Below are positions 13,613 through 23,211 of a DNA stretch of 64,000 bases, in pieces. The DNA comes from an uncultured Desulfosarcina sp. (GTDB lineage Bacteria > Desulfobacterota > Desulfobacteria > Desulfobacterales > Desulfosarcinaceae), in assembly GCA_963674945.2 (NCBI GenBank), contig CAXXWQ010000003.1:2144001-2208000 (forward strand), read 5' to 3'. The notes beneath the pieces were generated by a model, which saw only the letters and a list, made by a program, of their open reading frames with translations, was not told the DNA's origin and did not search any database. Each line of letters begins with the position of its first letter. Within the stretch, counting starts at the first letter, position 1. The translations under genes were made by a program, and so were the position numbers.

Positions 13613-14844
13613 CATTTGGCCAACTTCAGGTAAATCTCCTTGACCTTTGCAAAGACTCCTGTCCACGTATAGGCATCCAGCGTATCTTTCATTACGGATA
13701 GATTGATCGAGTCTCCTTTGACTGCGGCGTCCATTTGCTTCCTGAGGGCCTTTGTCAGGTTTTGCTCAAAGGATAACTCATCTTCTTCGTAAGGTTGATC
13801 GATGTTTTTCAGTCTTGGTGTGGGGACAAGAGAAATATAATCTGCGTCAGCATTGCCGAATATCTCTTTGGTCCCAGGCAGATCCGTGGCTACCACCCTG
13901 CAACCACTGGCAAGGCCCTCCAAAAGAACGAGAGGCAACCCTTCAAAGAAGGATGGCAATACGAGAATGTGTGATTTTTGGAATATCTCTGCCAGCTGGC
14001 TCTGGGGAATCGCACCGTGAATACAAACCGTTTGCCCAAGTTTCTTCGCAATTTCAAGACAATGCTCTTTTTCAACGCCACTTCCGCCTCCCACGAGGTG
14101 CAAATGCCATTGCGGGGATTGAATGGCGCCCAGGGCACGCAAAAACCAGGGAACGCCTTTGGCATTGCTCAGCTTTCCCGCATATACCAGTTGCACCGGA
14201 TCAGGGTCCGGTTTTATGCCTCGATGAAACAGACCGTCGTTATATCCGGCACCGGTGATGGCAATTCTGTCGGGATCAAAACCGTATAATCGAGAGATTT
14301 CATTTTTTTGGGTCTGGTTTAACGCCATTACCAGTTCGATGTCCCGGCATCCGCGAAAAACCATATCTTGCAGGTGACTACAATTTTGAAGTTGCCGCAA
14401 CCCCGTACCATGGCAGGTCGTAGCCATGGGGATGGTCGGAAAGAGTTGGCGGGTCAGTGAACTTACAATCCACAGATGGTGACTGTGAATGACATCCGGT
14501 TTGAATTCATCGACTGCTCTTGTAAGAACCCTGGAAAAAGCATCCACATAATCGCGCAGGTCTTTTTCGGAAAGATCACAGTACCTGCTGCTCTCATAGG
14601 GCATCACGTCACTCATGCCGGGAATGCGAAAGGAGAGATCGGCACGATAAAAATTTACGAACAAGGATCTGTCCTGCGGGATGCAGATCCTGTCATTACA
14701 ACCATCGGAGCTGAGCCCTGCAACCAGAAAATTATCGAATCCGCATTTTTCGGACTCTCTGATCATTGCCTGGATATAGATACCGCTACCGGTTGAATCC
14801 GGCCTTTGGCTCAGCACATGGAGAATCTTCAATTGATTCGACAT
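13612..14844 (-). CDS. GT4 family glycosyltransferase
   Basis: YAGKLSNAKG, PSFFEGLPLVLLEGLASG. Confidence 0.9.
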   Translation of the reverse strand: MSNQLKILHVLSQRPDSTGSGIYIQAMIRESEKCGFDNFLVAGLSSDGCNDRICIPQDRSLFVNFYRADLSFRIPGMSDVMPYESSRYCDLSEKDLRDYVDAFSRVLTRAVDEFKPDVIHSHHLWIVSSLTRQLFPTIPMATTCHGTGLRQLQNCSHLQDMVFRGCRDIELVMALNQTQKNEISRLYGFDPDRIAITGAGYNDGLFHRGIKPDPDPVQLVYAGKLSNAKGVPWFLRALGAIQSPQWHLHLVGGGSGVEKEHCLEIAKKLGQTVCIHGAIPQSQLAEIFQKSHILVLPSFFEGLPLVLLEGLASGCRVVATDLPGTKEIFGNADADYISLVPTPRLKNIDQPYEEDELSFEQNLTKALRKQMDAAVKGDSINLSVMKDTLDAYTWTGVFAKVKEIYLKLAK

Positions 14845-15538
14845 CTTTCAGGGCACCTCCTTCCAGCGTCATCACCCGGTCAGCGATTCGCCGTACCTGG
14901 TCCATATAATGGGATACGACCAAAAGCGTGCATTGCTCCTTGAGACTGACGAGAAGGTCTTCAATGACGCCGCTCGCCTTCGGATCCAGCGAACTGGTGG
15001 GTTCGTCGCATAAGAGTATTTCCGGATCGAGAATCAGAGCGCGAGCGATGCATAGCCGCTGTTTTTGTCCCCCGGAAAGTTCCATGGCGCTTTTCTTCAG
15101 TCTGTCTTTTACCTCTTCCCACAAAAAAGCCTGTTTCAGCGCGTTTTGAATTTTTGCCGCGACAACGACTTTATCGTTCATACCGGATAGTGTAAGGGGA
15201 AATGCCATGTTTTTTTCGATGCTCATGGGTAGCGGATTGGGTTCCTGAAAAATCATGGCCACTTTACGGCGCAACAGTGAAAGTTGAATTTCTTTTGTCA
15301 GCGGTGATACCCAGTTATCGTCTAAGCGTAAACGGATCTCTCCTGTGCATCGACCTCCGGGAATTTCATGCCACAAGCCATTGAATAGACAAAGTAGCGT
15401 CGATTTGCCCTGACCGGAAGGCCCGGTGATGGCCGTGATGGTGTGGGCGGTAAATGCTTGGCTCAAGTTGTCCAATACACGATTGCGGCCATAAAAGAAG
15501 CTGACCTTCGACATGATAATTTTCTTTTTTGGCGCCAT
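14786..15538 (-). CDS. pstB: PstB-like ABC ATP-binding protein
   Basis: GPSGQGKST, LSGGQKQRLCIARAL, DEPTSSLD. Confidence 0.8.
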   Translation of the reverse strand: MAPKKKIIMSKVSFFYGRNRVLDNLSQAFTAHTITAITGPSGQGKSTLLCLFNGLWHEIPGGRCTGEIRLRLDDNWVSPLTKEIQLSLLRRKVAMIFQEPNPLPMSIEKNMAFPLTLSGMNDKVVVAAKIQNALKQAFLWEEVKDRLKKSAMELSGGQKQRLCIARALILDPEILLCDEPTSSLDPKASGVIEDLLVSLKEQCTLLVVSHYMDQVRRIADRVMTLEGGALKDVESIEDSPCAEPKAGFNR

Positions 15539-15554
15539 CGTACGGATGCTCCCA

Positions 15555-16439
15555 TCATGCGCGGTAAAATGCCCGATTGGAGAGACTTTTTTTAATGCCA
15601 TAGGCGATGACAAATAAAACGGTACAGATGCCCAGTAAGATCAGACAGGCGCCATACCCTCTCGCCAATTCGGCCTGATTCGTATATTGGCTAGATATGT
15701 AATAAATGTAAAAGGGCAGGGCTTCATATTGGGACAGCAGAGAGCTGGGTACCCCTGCCGTGGCAACGACTCCCGTCAGCATTATGACCGCGGTATCTTC
15801 AGCACACCTGCCGATCGCCAAAATAATACCCGAAGTAATACCGGAAAGTGCGCCCGGTAGCAACACATAGACGATGTTTTGCAATTTTCCGGCGCCGAGG
15901 GAAAGGGCGGTCAGACGGGTACTCACCGGCAGTGCCTCCAGTGATGTCTGGGTGCTTCGAACGATATAGGGCAGGACCAGTATGGCCAACGAAAGGGCGC
16001 TTACGAGGAGACAGGGGCCAAATTCATTGAAAAAATGGTTGTGGAGAAAGATTGATAGGCTGAAACCGAACAGGCCGACCACAATGGACGGGATACCGGC
16101 CAGTATGTCGAAGAAAAAGCCAAAGAATTTTTTTACTTCCGGTTTGGCGAACTCCGCCAGGTAAATGCCGGAACAGACACCGGCAGGAACGGATAGCACG
16201 GTGGACAACAGGACCAGGAAAAGGGTTCCTACGATCGCAGGAAACAGTCCGTCAAACACGCGGGCACGGCCTAACATCGCCTCCACCGGGTCGGCATCAC
16301 CGAAAATCAACTCGATTCCGATGATCGTCCCCCCCCTGTATAGCAGGTGTCCGAGAAGGATCGTCACGGACAGCACGAGGATGCCTGCCATGACCCAGGC
16401 AATCACCGCCACCGTCTTTTCCATGAGATTGGTTATCAC
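15555..16439 (-). CDS. pstA: PstA-like ABC permease
   Basis: LAGIPSIVVGLFG, EAA-like loop, multiple TM segments. Confidence 0.8.
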   Translation of the reverse strand: MITNLMEKTVAVIAWVMAGILVLSVTILLGHLLYRGGTIIGIELIFGDADPVEAMLGRARVFDGLFPAIVGTLFLVLLSTVLSVPAGVCSGIYLAEFAKPEVKKFFGFFFDILAGIPSIVVGLFGFSLSIFLHNHFFNEFGPCLLVSALSLAILVLPYIVRSTQTSLEALPVSTRLTALSLGAGKLQNIVYVLLPGALSGITSGIILAIGRCAEDTAVIMLTGVVATAGVPSSLLSQYEALPFYIYYISSQYTNQAELARGYGACLILLGICTVLFVIAYGIKKSLSNRAFYRA

Positions 16440-17293
16440 GGTACGGCCCGCCGGTGGTTCTCGAGAACTCTCACCGCGACAACAGCGGCGGTGGTTAAGA
16501 TGTACAGGGCGATGCCACAGGCAAAGATGGAACGAAATTCCAAACTGTTGAAATCGCCAGCCTTTACCAGGGCAATGTGTGCAGTCAGCGTTCGGGCCGG
16601 ATCCAGAAGGTTCTGGGGCGATCGCACGGCGTTACCGGCAAGCATCAAAGCGACAAGGGTGTCTCCCAGAGCTCTGCCAAGCGCCAGCACCAATCCGGAG
16701 GCCATGCCGCGTAACGCTCCGGGTAAGGTTACATACAAAAGCTGTTGTATACGATTGGCTCCCAACGCCCTTGCCGCTTGTACATAGGACATGGGCACCG
16801 CAGACAGGCTGTCTACGAAAAAAAGAATCATGGTGGGGCTGATCAATACGGCCAGAATCGTGCTCGCTGCCAGAACACTCATCCCGGCACCGCCGATCGT
16901 CTCCCGGATGAAGGGAACCAGTAAAAAAATGCCGAAGAAACCATAGATCACCGTGGGGATACCCGTCATAAAGCGAACCAAGGCATTGAGCAGCCTTTTC
17001 AGGCGGGAACCGGCCAGACCGGCGACCACAAAAGCGGTCCCCATGGAAAGCGGCAGGCTCAACAAGGTGCCGAAAAGGGCGATCCAGATGGTTCCGGCAA
17101 TCATCGGCCGAATCCCGTACAATCCTTCATGGGGGGACCAGGGGCCTGTCCAGACTGAAATAAAGGCATTCTCCAGAAAAACAGGCAGGCCCAGAATGAT
17201 CATGAACACAAAGATGGACAGAACTACAATGGCGCTAAGAACGGTGCTGGATAAAAGAACACACTTTGCGATGGCTTCCTTGGATATGCTCAT
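16436..17293 (-). CDS. pstC: PstC-like ABC permease
   Basis: GIPTVIYGFFG, AARALGA, GRALGDT. Confidence 0.8.
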   Translation of the reverse strand: MSISKEAIAKCVLLSSTVLSAIVVLSIFVFMIILGLPVFLENAFISVWTGPWSPHEGLYGIRPMIAGTIWIALFGTLLSLPLSMGTAFVVAGLAGSRLKRLLNALVRFMTGIPTVIYGFFGIFLLVPFIRETIGGAGMSVLAASTILAVLISPTMILFFVDSLSAVPMSYVQAARALGANRIQQLLYVTLPGALRGMASGLVLALGRALGDTLVALMLAGNAVRSPQNLLDPARTLTAHIALVKAGDFNSLEFRSIFACGIALYILTTAAVVAVRVLENHRRAVP

Positions 17294-18117
17294 TTCACCG
17301 GAATAAATCCTTTTTCCGCGGCAATTTGCTGTCCTTCCGGTGAAAAAAGATAATCGATGAACAAGAGCGCCAGGCCTTGCGGGTCTCCCTTGGTGTTGCT
17401 GTAAAGGCCACGGGCGACCTTGTATGTGCCGCTTTTAACGGTTTCCAGATTCGGTACGATGCCATCCAAAGCGACCGGTGAAACACTTTCGTCCATATGG
17501 CCGACGGAAACATACCCAATGGCGTAGGGGTCTTTGGCTACGGCGGTTTTCATGGCCCCGTTGGATGGCACAAAAAGGGCCTTCGTGGAGATGTCGCCTT
17601 TGTTCAGCGCTTTTTTCCAGAACACGTCTCGGGTTCCGCTGGACTCATCCCTTGTGTACAACGTGATGGTGTGATCGTCACCGCCCAAAGCCTTCCAGTT
17701 ATCGATTTTACCGGCGAAGATATCTTTTAACTGGGCCTGGGTCAGGGACGTGACACGATTTTTCGGATGGACAACAACGCCGACGCCGTCGACAGCCCAT
17801 TTGAACATTTTCAGGCCGTATCGATCAATCTCATCCTGTTTGGCTTTTCGGCCCGAGTTGCCAATGTCCACCAGTCCTTCCCCCACCTGTTTGATGCCGA
17901 GGCCGGATCCGCCGCCGGCAACGGTGATCGTGATGTCGCGATATTTGGTCATAATCCGTTTGGCGGCCTCTTTCATTACAGGGATGTGGGCAGTACCGCC
18001 GGCTATCTTCAGCGTGCCCTTCTGGCCATCGAAGGCATCCAAGGCGCCTGCCATGCAGGGACCGGCAGTCATAAAAAGTGCCATCAGTAATACAATTTTC
18101 CGTACGATTGCTGCCAT
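17290..18117 (-). CDS. pstS: PstS-like substrate-binding protein
   Basis: GGGSGLG, RDESSGTR, signal peptide; SD AGGAG before ATG 18117. Confidence 0.75.
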   Translation of the reverse strand: MAAIVRKIVLLMALFMTAGPCMAGALDAFDGQKGTLKIAGGTAHIPVMKEAAKRIMTKYRDITITVAGGGSGLGIKQVGEGLVDIGNSGRKAKQDEIDRYGLKMFKWAVDGVGVVVHPKNRVTSLTQAQLKDIFAGKIDNWKALGGDDHTITLYTRDESSGTRDVFWKKALNKGDISTKALFVPSNGAMKTAVAKDPYAIGYVSVGHMDESVSPVALDGIVPNLETVKSGTYKVARGLYSNTKGDPQGLALLFIDYLFSPEGQQIAAEKGFIPVK

Positions 18118-18495
18118 CGTCCTATCTCCTTTCTCAATGCTGCACACAACGATAGTTACGTGAGACCAACTCTTTTTGATAATATGACGTTGTTGGATAA
18201 GTAAAATAGAAAATATCAATGCATAACGTAATGCCAATTGAAAAAATAAATAGAGCGTGTTGTAATTCATTTCTGCGCCCTAATTTGTACCTTATCATCT
18301 TCCTTTCCACTCCACTGCGTGTTGATTTGCGTCGTTGTTTGTACCTGTTTCATTTCTTGCCGTATAGACCTGTAAACATAACACAAAAGATCTATGTGTC
18401 GGGAATTTGAGTTGACAGGTAGGTTCTGTTTGTATATTTTTTCGAAAATTTTTTTACCACGTTACCGACAGATCTATAGCGAAAAGGGGACAAGC

Positions 18496-19314
18496 ATGGG
18501 CAGCCGAAGAGATGTATATGTGATTACCGGAGGCGGAGGAGGAATGGGTATTGCTGCGGCAAAGCGGTTAAGCAAGAAAGGTATTCTGTTACTGACCGAT
18601 ATCGTATCCGATGGAATGGAAAGAGTGGCTGCGGAACTCGGTTCACAAGGTGTAACAGTGGAAACGGCGATCAGTGATGTCACCGACAAGGGCTCCATAC
18701 AATCGCTTGCAGATACTGTTTCTTCATTGGGACGGCTGGCTGGTCTCGTTCATACGGCCGGGATTTCACCGACCATGTCGAATTGGAAGAAAATGTTCGA
18801 GGTAGATCTTATCGGCACTGCCTTGCTCCTGGAAGGATTTCTTCCTTTGGCAGAAGATGGCACTGCAGCAGTATGTGTGGCATCGATGTCGGCCCATATG
18901 GTACCCGCTGATCCGGAAGTAGATCTCATATTATCCGACCCCATGTCCCCAGATTTATTAGAGAAAATGGAGCCGCACCTCCCTGCCGAGAACACTGCCG
19001 GCTATGCCTATGCCCTGGCAAAACGGGGCGTTATCCTTTTATGTAAGAATATGGCTCCCGCATGGGGGGCGCGCGGTGCGCGTGTCGTTTCGATTTCTCC
19101 TGGAATTATCGATACACCGATGGGCAGGAAGGAATTGGAAGAGAACGCCATGATGAAATATCTGTTGGAACAATCACCGTTGAAGCGTATGGGGAAACCG
19201 GAGGATATCGCTTCCGCAGTCGCGTTTCTGCTAAGCGAAAATGCATCTTTTATGACAGGTACGGATATGTTGGTTGACGGGGGTGTTGTCGCAGCGATAA
19301 TGCGCGCCAAATAA
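18496..19314 (+). CDS. Short-chain dehydrogenase/reductase
   Basis: TGGGGGMG, YALAK, ISPGIIDTPM. Confidence 0.92.
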   Translation: MGSRRDVYVITGGGGGMGIAAAKRLSKKGILLLTDIVSDGMERVAAELGSQGVTVETAISDVTDKGSIQSLADTVSSLGRLAGLVHTAGISPTMSNWKKMFEVDLIGTALLLEGFLPLAEDGTAAVCVASMSAHMVPADPEVDLILSDPMSPDLLEKMEPHLPAENTAGYAYALAKRGVILLCKNMAPAWGARGARVVSISPGIIDTPMGRKELEENAMMKYLLEQSPLKRMGKPEDIASAVAFLLSENASFMTGTDMLVDGGVVAAIMRAK

Positions 19315-19326
19315 TTGTCTTTGATA

Positions 19327-19347
19327 CCCCGTCCACCTGCGACGGGG
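19327..19347. terminator. Hairpin between convergent SDR and TetR genes
   Basis: CCCCGTC-CACCTGC-GACGGGG. Confidence 0.5.
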
Positions 19348-19375
19348 ACATTCATTCCACTCGGAGGATTTTGTC

Positions 19376-20029
19376 CTATCCGTTATGCAACGCCCCGGTG
19401 AGAAACGTTGTGACCGACTCGACAACGCTTTCGCTAAAATCAGATTCAAATATGCAGAATTGGGATTCTCGAACAAATTTCTTCATCTGGTTCGGACTGT
19501 AGTATACCTGCCATAATCCGAATATGAGGGCAAAGATCTGTAAATGAACCTTGACCCAGTGTTCCATGCTCAGGTCTGCAAATAGCCTGCAACTCAACCT
19601 GCCTTGTACACCCACTAATTCGGCAAGTTGCGTCTTGAAATCCATAAACATTTTTTCGTCTGTGTTTCCGTCAAAAAAGCCGTTAACAATACCCCACATT
19701 TGAAGCATCAGGGGATTATTGATAATGTATCGCGTCGTCAGTTTGGCATAATCGGAAACGGTGATTCCCTCTTTTTGGTTTTCCAACGCCTTGGCGACGG
19801 AATCATGCCATAGCCTGATCTGATTCGTGTAAAGAGAAAGGAAAATTTCATTCTTCGTTTTAAAGTACAGGTACACACTACCCTTTGCCAGACCTGCTTT
19901 CTGGGCGATCTCTGAAATCGTTGGGAGCGTGCCGTCATTTTTTTCAAAAAGCTCGCGAGCGATTTTAAGAATTTTTTCCTTGCGCTTTAGTTTGTCTTTT
20001 TCACTGATAGCTCTTTTCAGTACCGCCAT
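19376..20029 (-). CDS. TetR family transcriptional regulator
   Basis: TISEIAQKAGLAKGSVYLYFKTKNEIF HTH. Confidence 0.92.
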   Translation of the reverse strand: MAVLKRAISEKDKLKRKEKILKIARELFEKNDGTLPTISEIAQKAGLAKGSVYLYFKTKNEIFLSLYTNQIRLWHDSVAKALENQKEGITVSDYAKLTTRYIINNPLMLQMWGIVNGFFDGNTDEKMFMDFKTQLAELVGVQGRLSCRLFADLSMEHWVKVHLQIFALIFGLWQVYYSPNQMKKFVRESQFCIFESDFSESVVESVTTFLTGALHNG

Positions 20030-20112
20030 ATATTCGGCTACCTTTTCAATTTGCGGGTAAACGTTATTATTTTCTCTGTATCAAATCAGCGGTTTTTACA
20101 CAATAAAAAAAC

Positions 20113-20125
20113 TGACTGACGGTCA
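20113..20125. promoter_or_regulatory. Putative TetR operator
   Basis: TGAC-N5-GTCA palindrome upstream of tetR. Confidence 0.4.
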
Positions 20126-20417
20126 TTAAATACAAAAAGGGGAGGATCATGAAGAAAGGGGCAGGTTTGCCCATAGCTCATTATTGTCTGACGGATTCAA
20201 TCCATCATGGTCTTATTTTCGCGTTTTTTGACAAGCTCAAACCAAGTGATAACGCCTTGTTGGATTCACTTTGTTGAAAGAAATGGAAGTTGCCGAAAGA
20301 AAAAACTTAAATTGATGCTTTCATAAAGGCAAGATTAAGTTTTATAATAACATGTAATATCTATTAATTTGGTGACGCAAGAACATATCCATCCATGGGT
20401 TTTCTGAATGTTGTACA

Positions 20418-21335
20418 TTAGCCCACACCGACTGCGCGCTTTACATGTTGAACGATGAGGTCGTACATCTCGTGTGTCAATGTCTCGGACTCGTTAAGAA
20501 TATCGTATCCGTGCTTGGCACCCGGAATGTCGCGATATTCGACCAAACTTCCGGAGGCTGCGAGTTTTTTGGCATATTCGGCCGCGCCTTTCCTGAGCGG
20601 ATCATTTTCGGCGGAGATGACCAACGCCGGCGCGATGCCCTGGATATGGTCTCCGTTGGATCCGTATGCAGGGGAGGCAAGCCGATCTTTCCGATGATTC
20701 GGATCGGGAATATAGGCAGTAATGAAAACCTCTTCCATCCAGGGCGGCACGATTGGCTTTCCAGTTGGGTTCGGACGACCTTTTAAGGAGGAATCGAGGT
20801 CTATGGCCGGATAGTGCAGCACCTGAAGTGCGATTTTCGGGCCACCCTTCTCAAGAGCGAGGCGAGCGGCACCGGCGGCGATGGCACCACCGGCGCTCTG
20901 CCCGCCTATGCAAATCCTGGTGCCGTCCCATTTCCTCTCGTCGGATGATGCCCACCGCAGCACGTCGTAGAGCTGTTCAATGGCGACCGGGAATCGACCC
21001 CGCGGAGCAGTTGTGTAATCGACGTTTATCACCAATACACCGGCCCGGGCCGCCAAATATCGACATAGCGGATCGTCCTGCTCGGGATATCGAATGACAA
21101 ATCCGCCACCGTGAACGTTCACATATACGGGAGGGGTTGTGGATGACACGGTCGGGCGAAAGACGGTGCACTTGACTTTTCCATGCCGGGTCTGCACAGC
21201 AATGGTATAGGTGTCTCTCGGAATTTCCGGAAATCGCCTGCTTTGCTTCGGGGCCAGATTGCTCATCACCCCTAAAAGCCGTGCCACCGTGTCGCCAATG
21301 AACTGTATGGAAAGGATGGACATACTGTTCCTCAT
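20418..21335 (-). CDS. HSL-family alpha/beta hydrolase (esterase)
   Basis: HGGG, GQSAG, D-P-L and HG catalytic motifs. Confidence 0.9.
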   Translation of the reverse strand: MRNSMSILSIQFIGDTVARLLGVMSNLAPKQSRRFPEIPRDTYTIAVQTRHGKVKCTVFRPTVSSTTPPVYVNVHGGGFVIRYPEQDDPLCRYLAARAGVLVINVDYTTAPRGRFPVAIEQLYDVLRWASSDERKWDGTRICIGGQSAGGAIAAGAARLALEKGGPKIALQVLHYPAIDLDSSLKGRPNPTGKPIVPPWMEEVFITAYIPDPNHRKDRLASPAYGSNGDHIQGIAPALVISAENDPLRKGAAEYAKKLAASGSLVEYRDIPGAKHGYDILNESETLTHEMYDLIVQHVKRAVGVG

Positions 21336-21487
21336 ATAATGCGGGTGGTCGTTGACTCAGAAATCCTTCCCCGTCCGGTCGTATCGTTCACGGGGGATGC
21401 CGCGCTCTTCCATGTGATTCTGTCATCGCTCTGCTATTTCTCGAATTTCGTCATTCATCTTTGACGTCGTTCTTATTGAACCTGCTG

Positions 21488-21916
21488 TTACTGCTTCATT
21501 CTTTTCAATTCCTCAAACCCTTCTGCACACCCTGAATCAGTTACGCCGCAACCCCAAACACATATCGACGGCATTTGTGCGAAATTCTCTTGTATTCGAC
21601 GCTTTAGGTCTCCCACCGTGATTTCATCTCCGATACGTAAATCCAGTTGGTTGAGAATCTCTAAATCAATCCTGTTCCCACCTGGTCTAAAATCATAAAG
21701 CTGACACAGATCTTCAATCATCTGAGGACAAAAAGCACAAGTATCGCAACAATGCGGAACGATCTTGATTGTTAGATCGGGGTTTTCCATCATCTGCTTG
21801 TATTTCAAGATGTTTTCCCAGAATTTCGGTCCCCACAATGTCCAATTTTTCATGACGGTTATGCAGAAAAGATGATGACCTCGCATGCTGATTGTACTTG
21901 GGTTTTCGGTGGTCAT
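21488..21916 (-). CDS. Cys-rich DUF1284-like protein
   Basis: MRGHHLFC, CDTCAFCP pattern. Confidence 0.6.
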   Translation of the reverse strand: MTTENPSTISMRGHHLFCITVMKNWTLWGPKFWENILKYKQMMENPDLTIKIVPHCCDTCAFCPQMIEDLCQLYDFRPGGNRIDLEILNQLDLRIGDEITVGDLKRRIQENFAQMPSICVWGCGVTDSGCAEGFEELKRMKQ

Positions 21917-22380
21917 TGATCATACCTCCTCTTACTGCCATCGATTAAATTATTCGTTATGAACAGCACTTTTTCATAAATGGACATTTTTTCCTTCGGA
22001 AGTGGTGTAGTGTGCCGCCGCAAAGTCCGGTGAAAGTGTCATAAACGAAAAAAACACGTAATTCACACCAACATTGGGTTTTTCAAGACCATCGGCTCCA
22101 AAAGAGTCTGCCCATAGACCCATCATCCACAACAGGACAACCGTTGTGAGAAACAGCTTGGAAGAGTGATAAATCCGTTTCAAATCAATATCCTCGATCT
22201 GGCCTGTGACCGGGGAGGCGCGATGGTCGTCGTTTTCGAACTTCTTTGTCCGTGTGGGCATTGATAACGGAAGTACGGTAAAAGTTAATTCTTCTTTCCT
22301 TCCCTTACATACTGATCGTCATCGAGTGTTAGCGGTTCTTTTGTTTCCCAAGCAGATGCAGGTGGGTATCGATTATTATA

Positions 22381-22812
22381 TCACAGGCAGAATTGATATC
22401 CGGCCCTATTGCCACATATCCGTGATTCTTCAAATTCTATAATCCCTAAATTAGCACCGGAAGCTGAAATGATAAAGCCATCTTCATACCGTATACTCAG
22501 GTTACCACCATTTTCAGGTGTCATGTTATGCGTTTTGAGGCGATCACAGTTTTGTTTGAACTGAATATAATAATCATTCGCGCTGACTGGAAGCTTTTTT
22601 GAACGTTGAAGTGATTTGAATTTTACCCCAACATAACCATCCATGAGCCTTTTTTCTTTTTTTTTGTCATTCATCGTCTGTGTCTTGCCCGGGTTGCTTG
22701 TTTTGCCCATCATCACACTGTGACCACCGAAGGCAAATGTGTCCAGGGCGGTCAAATCGTTCACCAATCTTGTGCGCAATGGATGTAAGTGAATATAGCG
22801 CACCAGTTCCAA
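22381..22812 (-). pseudogene. Chimeric remnant: Y1/REP-associated transposase fragment + class II aldolase-like fragment
   Basis: ELVRYIHLHPLR (RAYT-like) joined to NGGNLSIR..FIISASG (aldolase II-like); both incomplete. Confidence 0.5.
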
Positions 22813-23211
22813 TAAGTATCAATCGTACCGACACAATATGGATTTATAATGATCTAATAAAAAACTCGTAAATGAGTCAAGGGCAGACTACCTATTTCAC
22901 ATATTCATTAGCATGGTCCGGTTTATCGAGAATTTAGTACTTCAGTTTAGCAGAAAAAAACCGATATTACCAATGGTGATAAATTAGATTTTGCGCAATG
23001 AGATATTTTTTCAATATAACTCACAAACGGTCTAACATTCTGAATTATAAATCATAAAACACATAAAACAGGATATGTTTCCTCAGAACTGACATAAAAT
23101 CATTTTCTGAGAACTGAGTGAAACGCGATACATATTTTTTACAGGCAGTGCGGATGATTCATTCGACCGGTGAAAACGATGTATTGATTACTCTAATAAA
23201 GTGGAGGCAGT

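Noticed and set aside
18220..18236. Sigma-54 promoter upstream of the pstS-like gene
   Set aside because: TGGCA..TGC spacing is 11, not 10.
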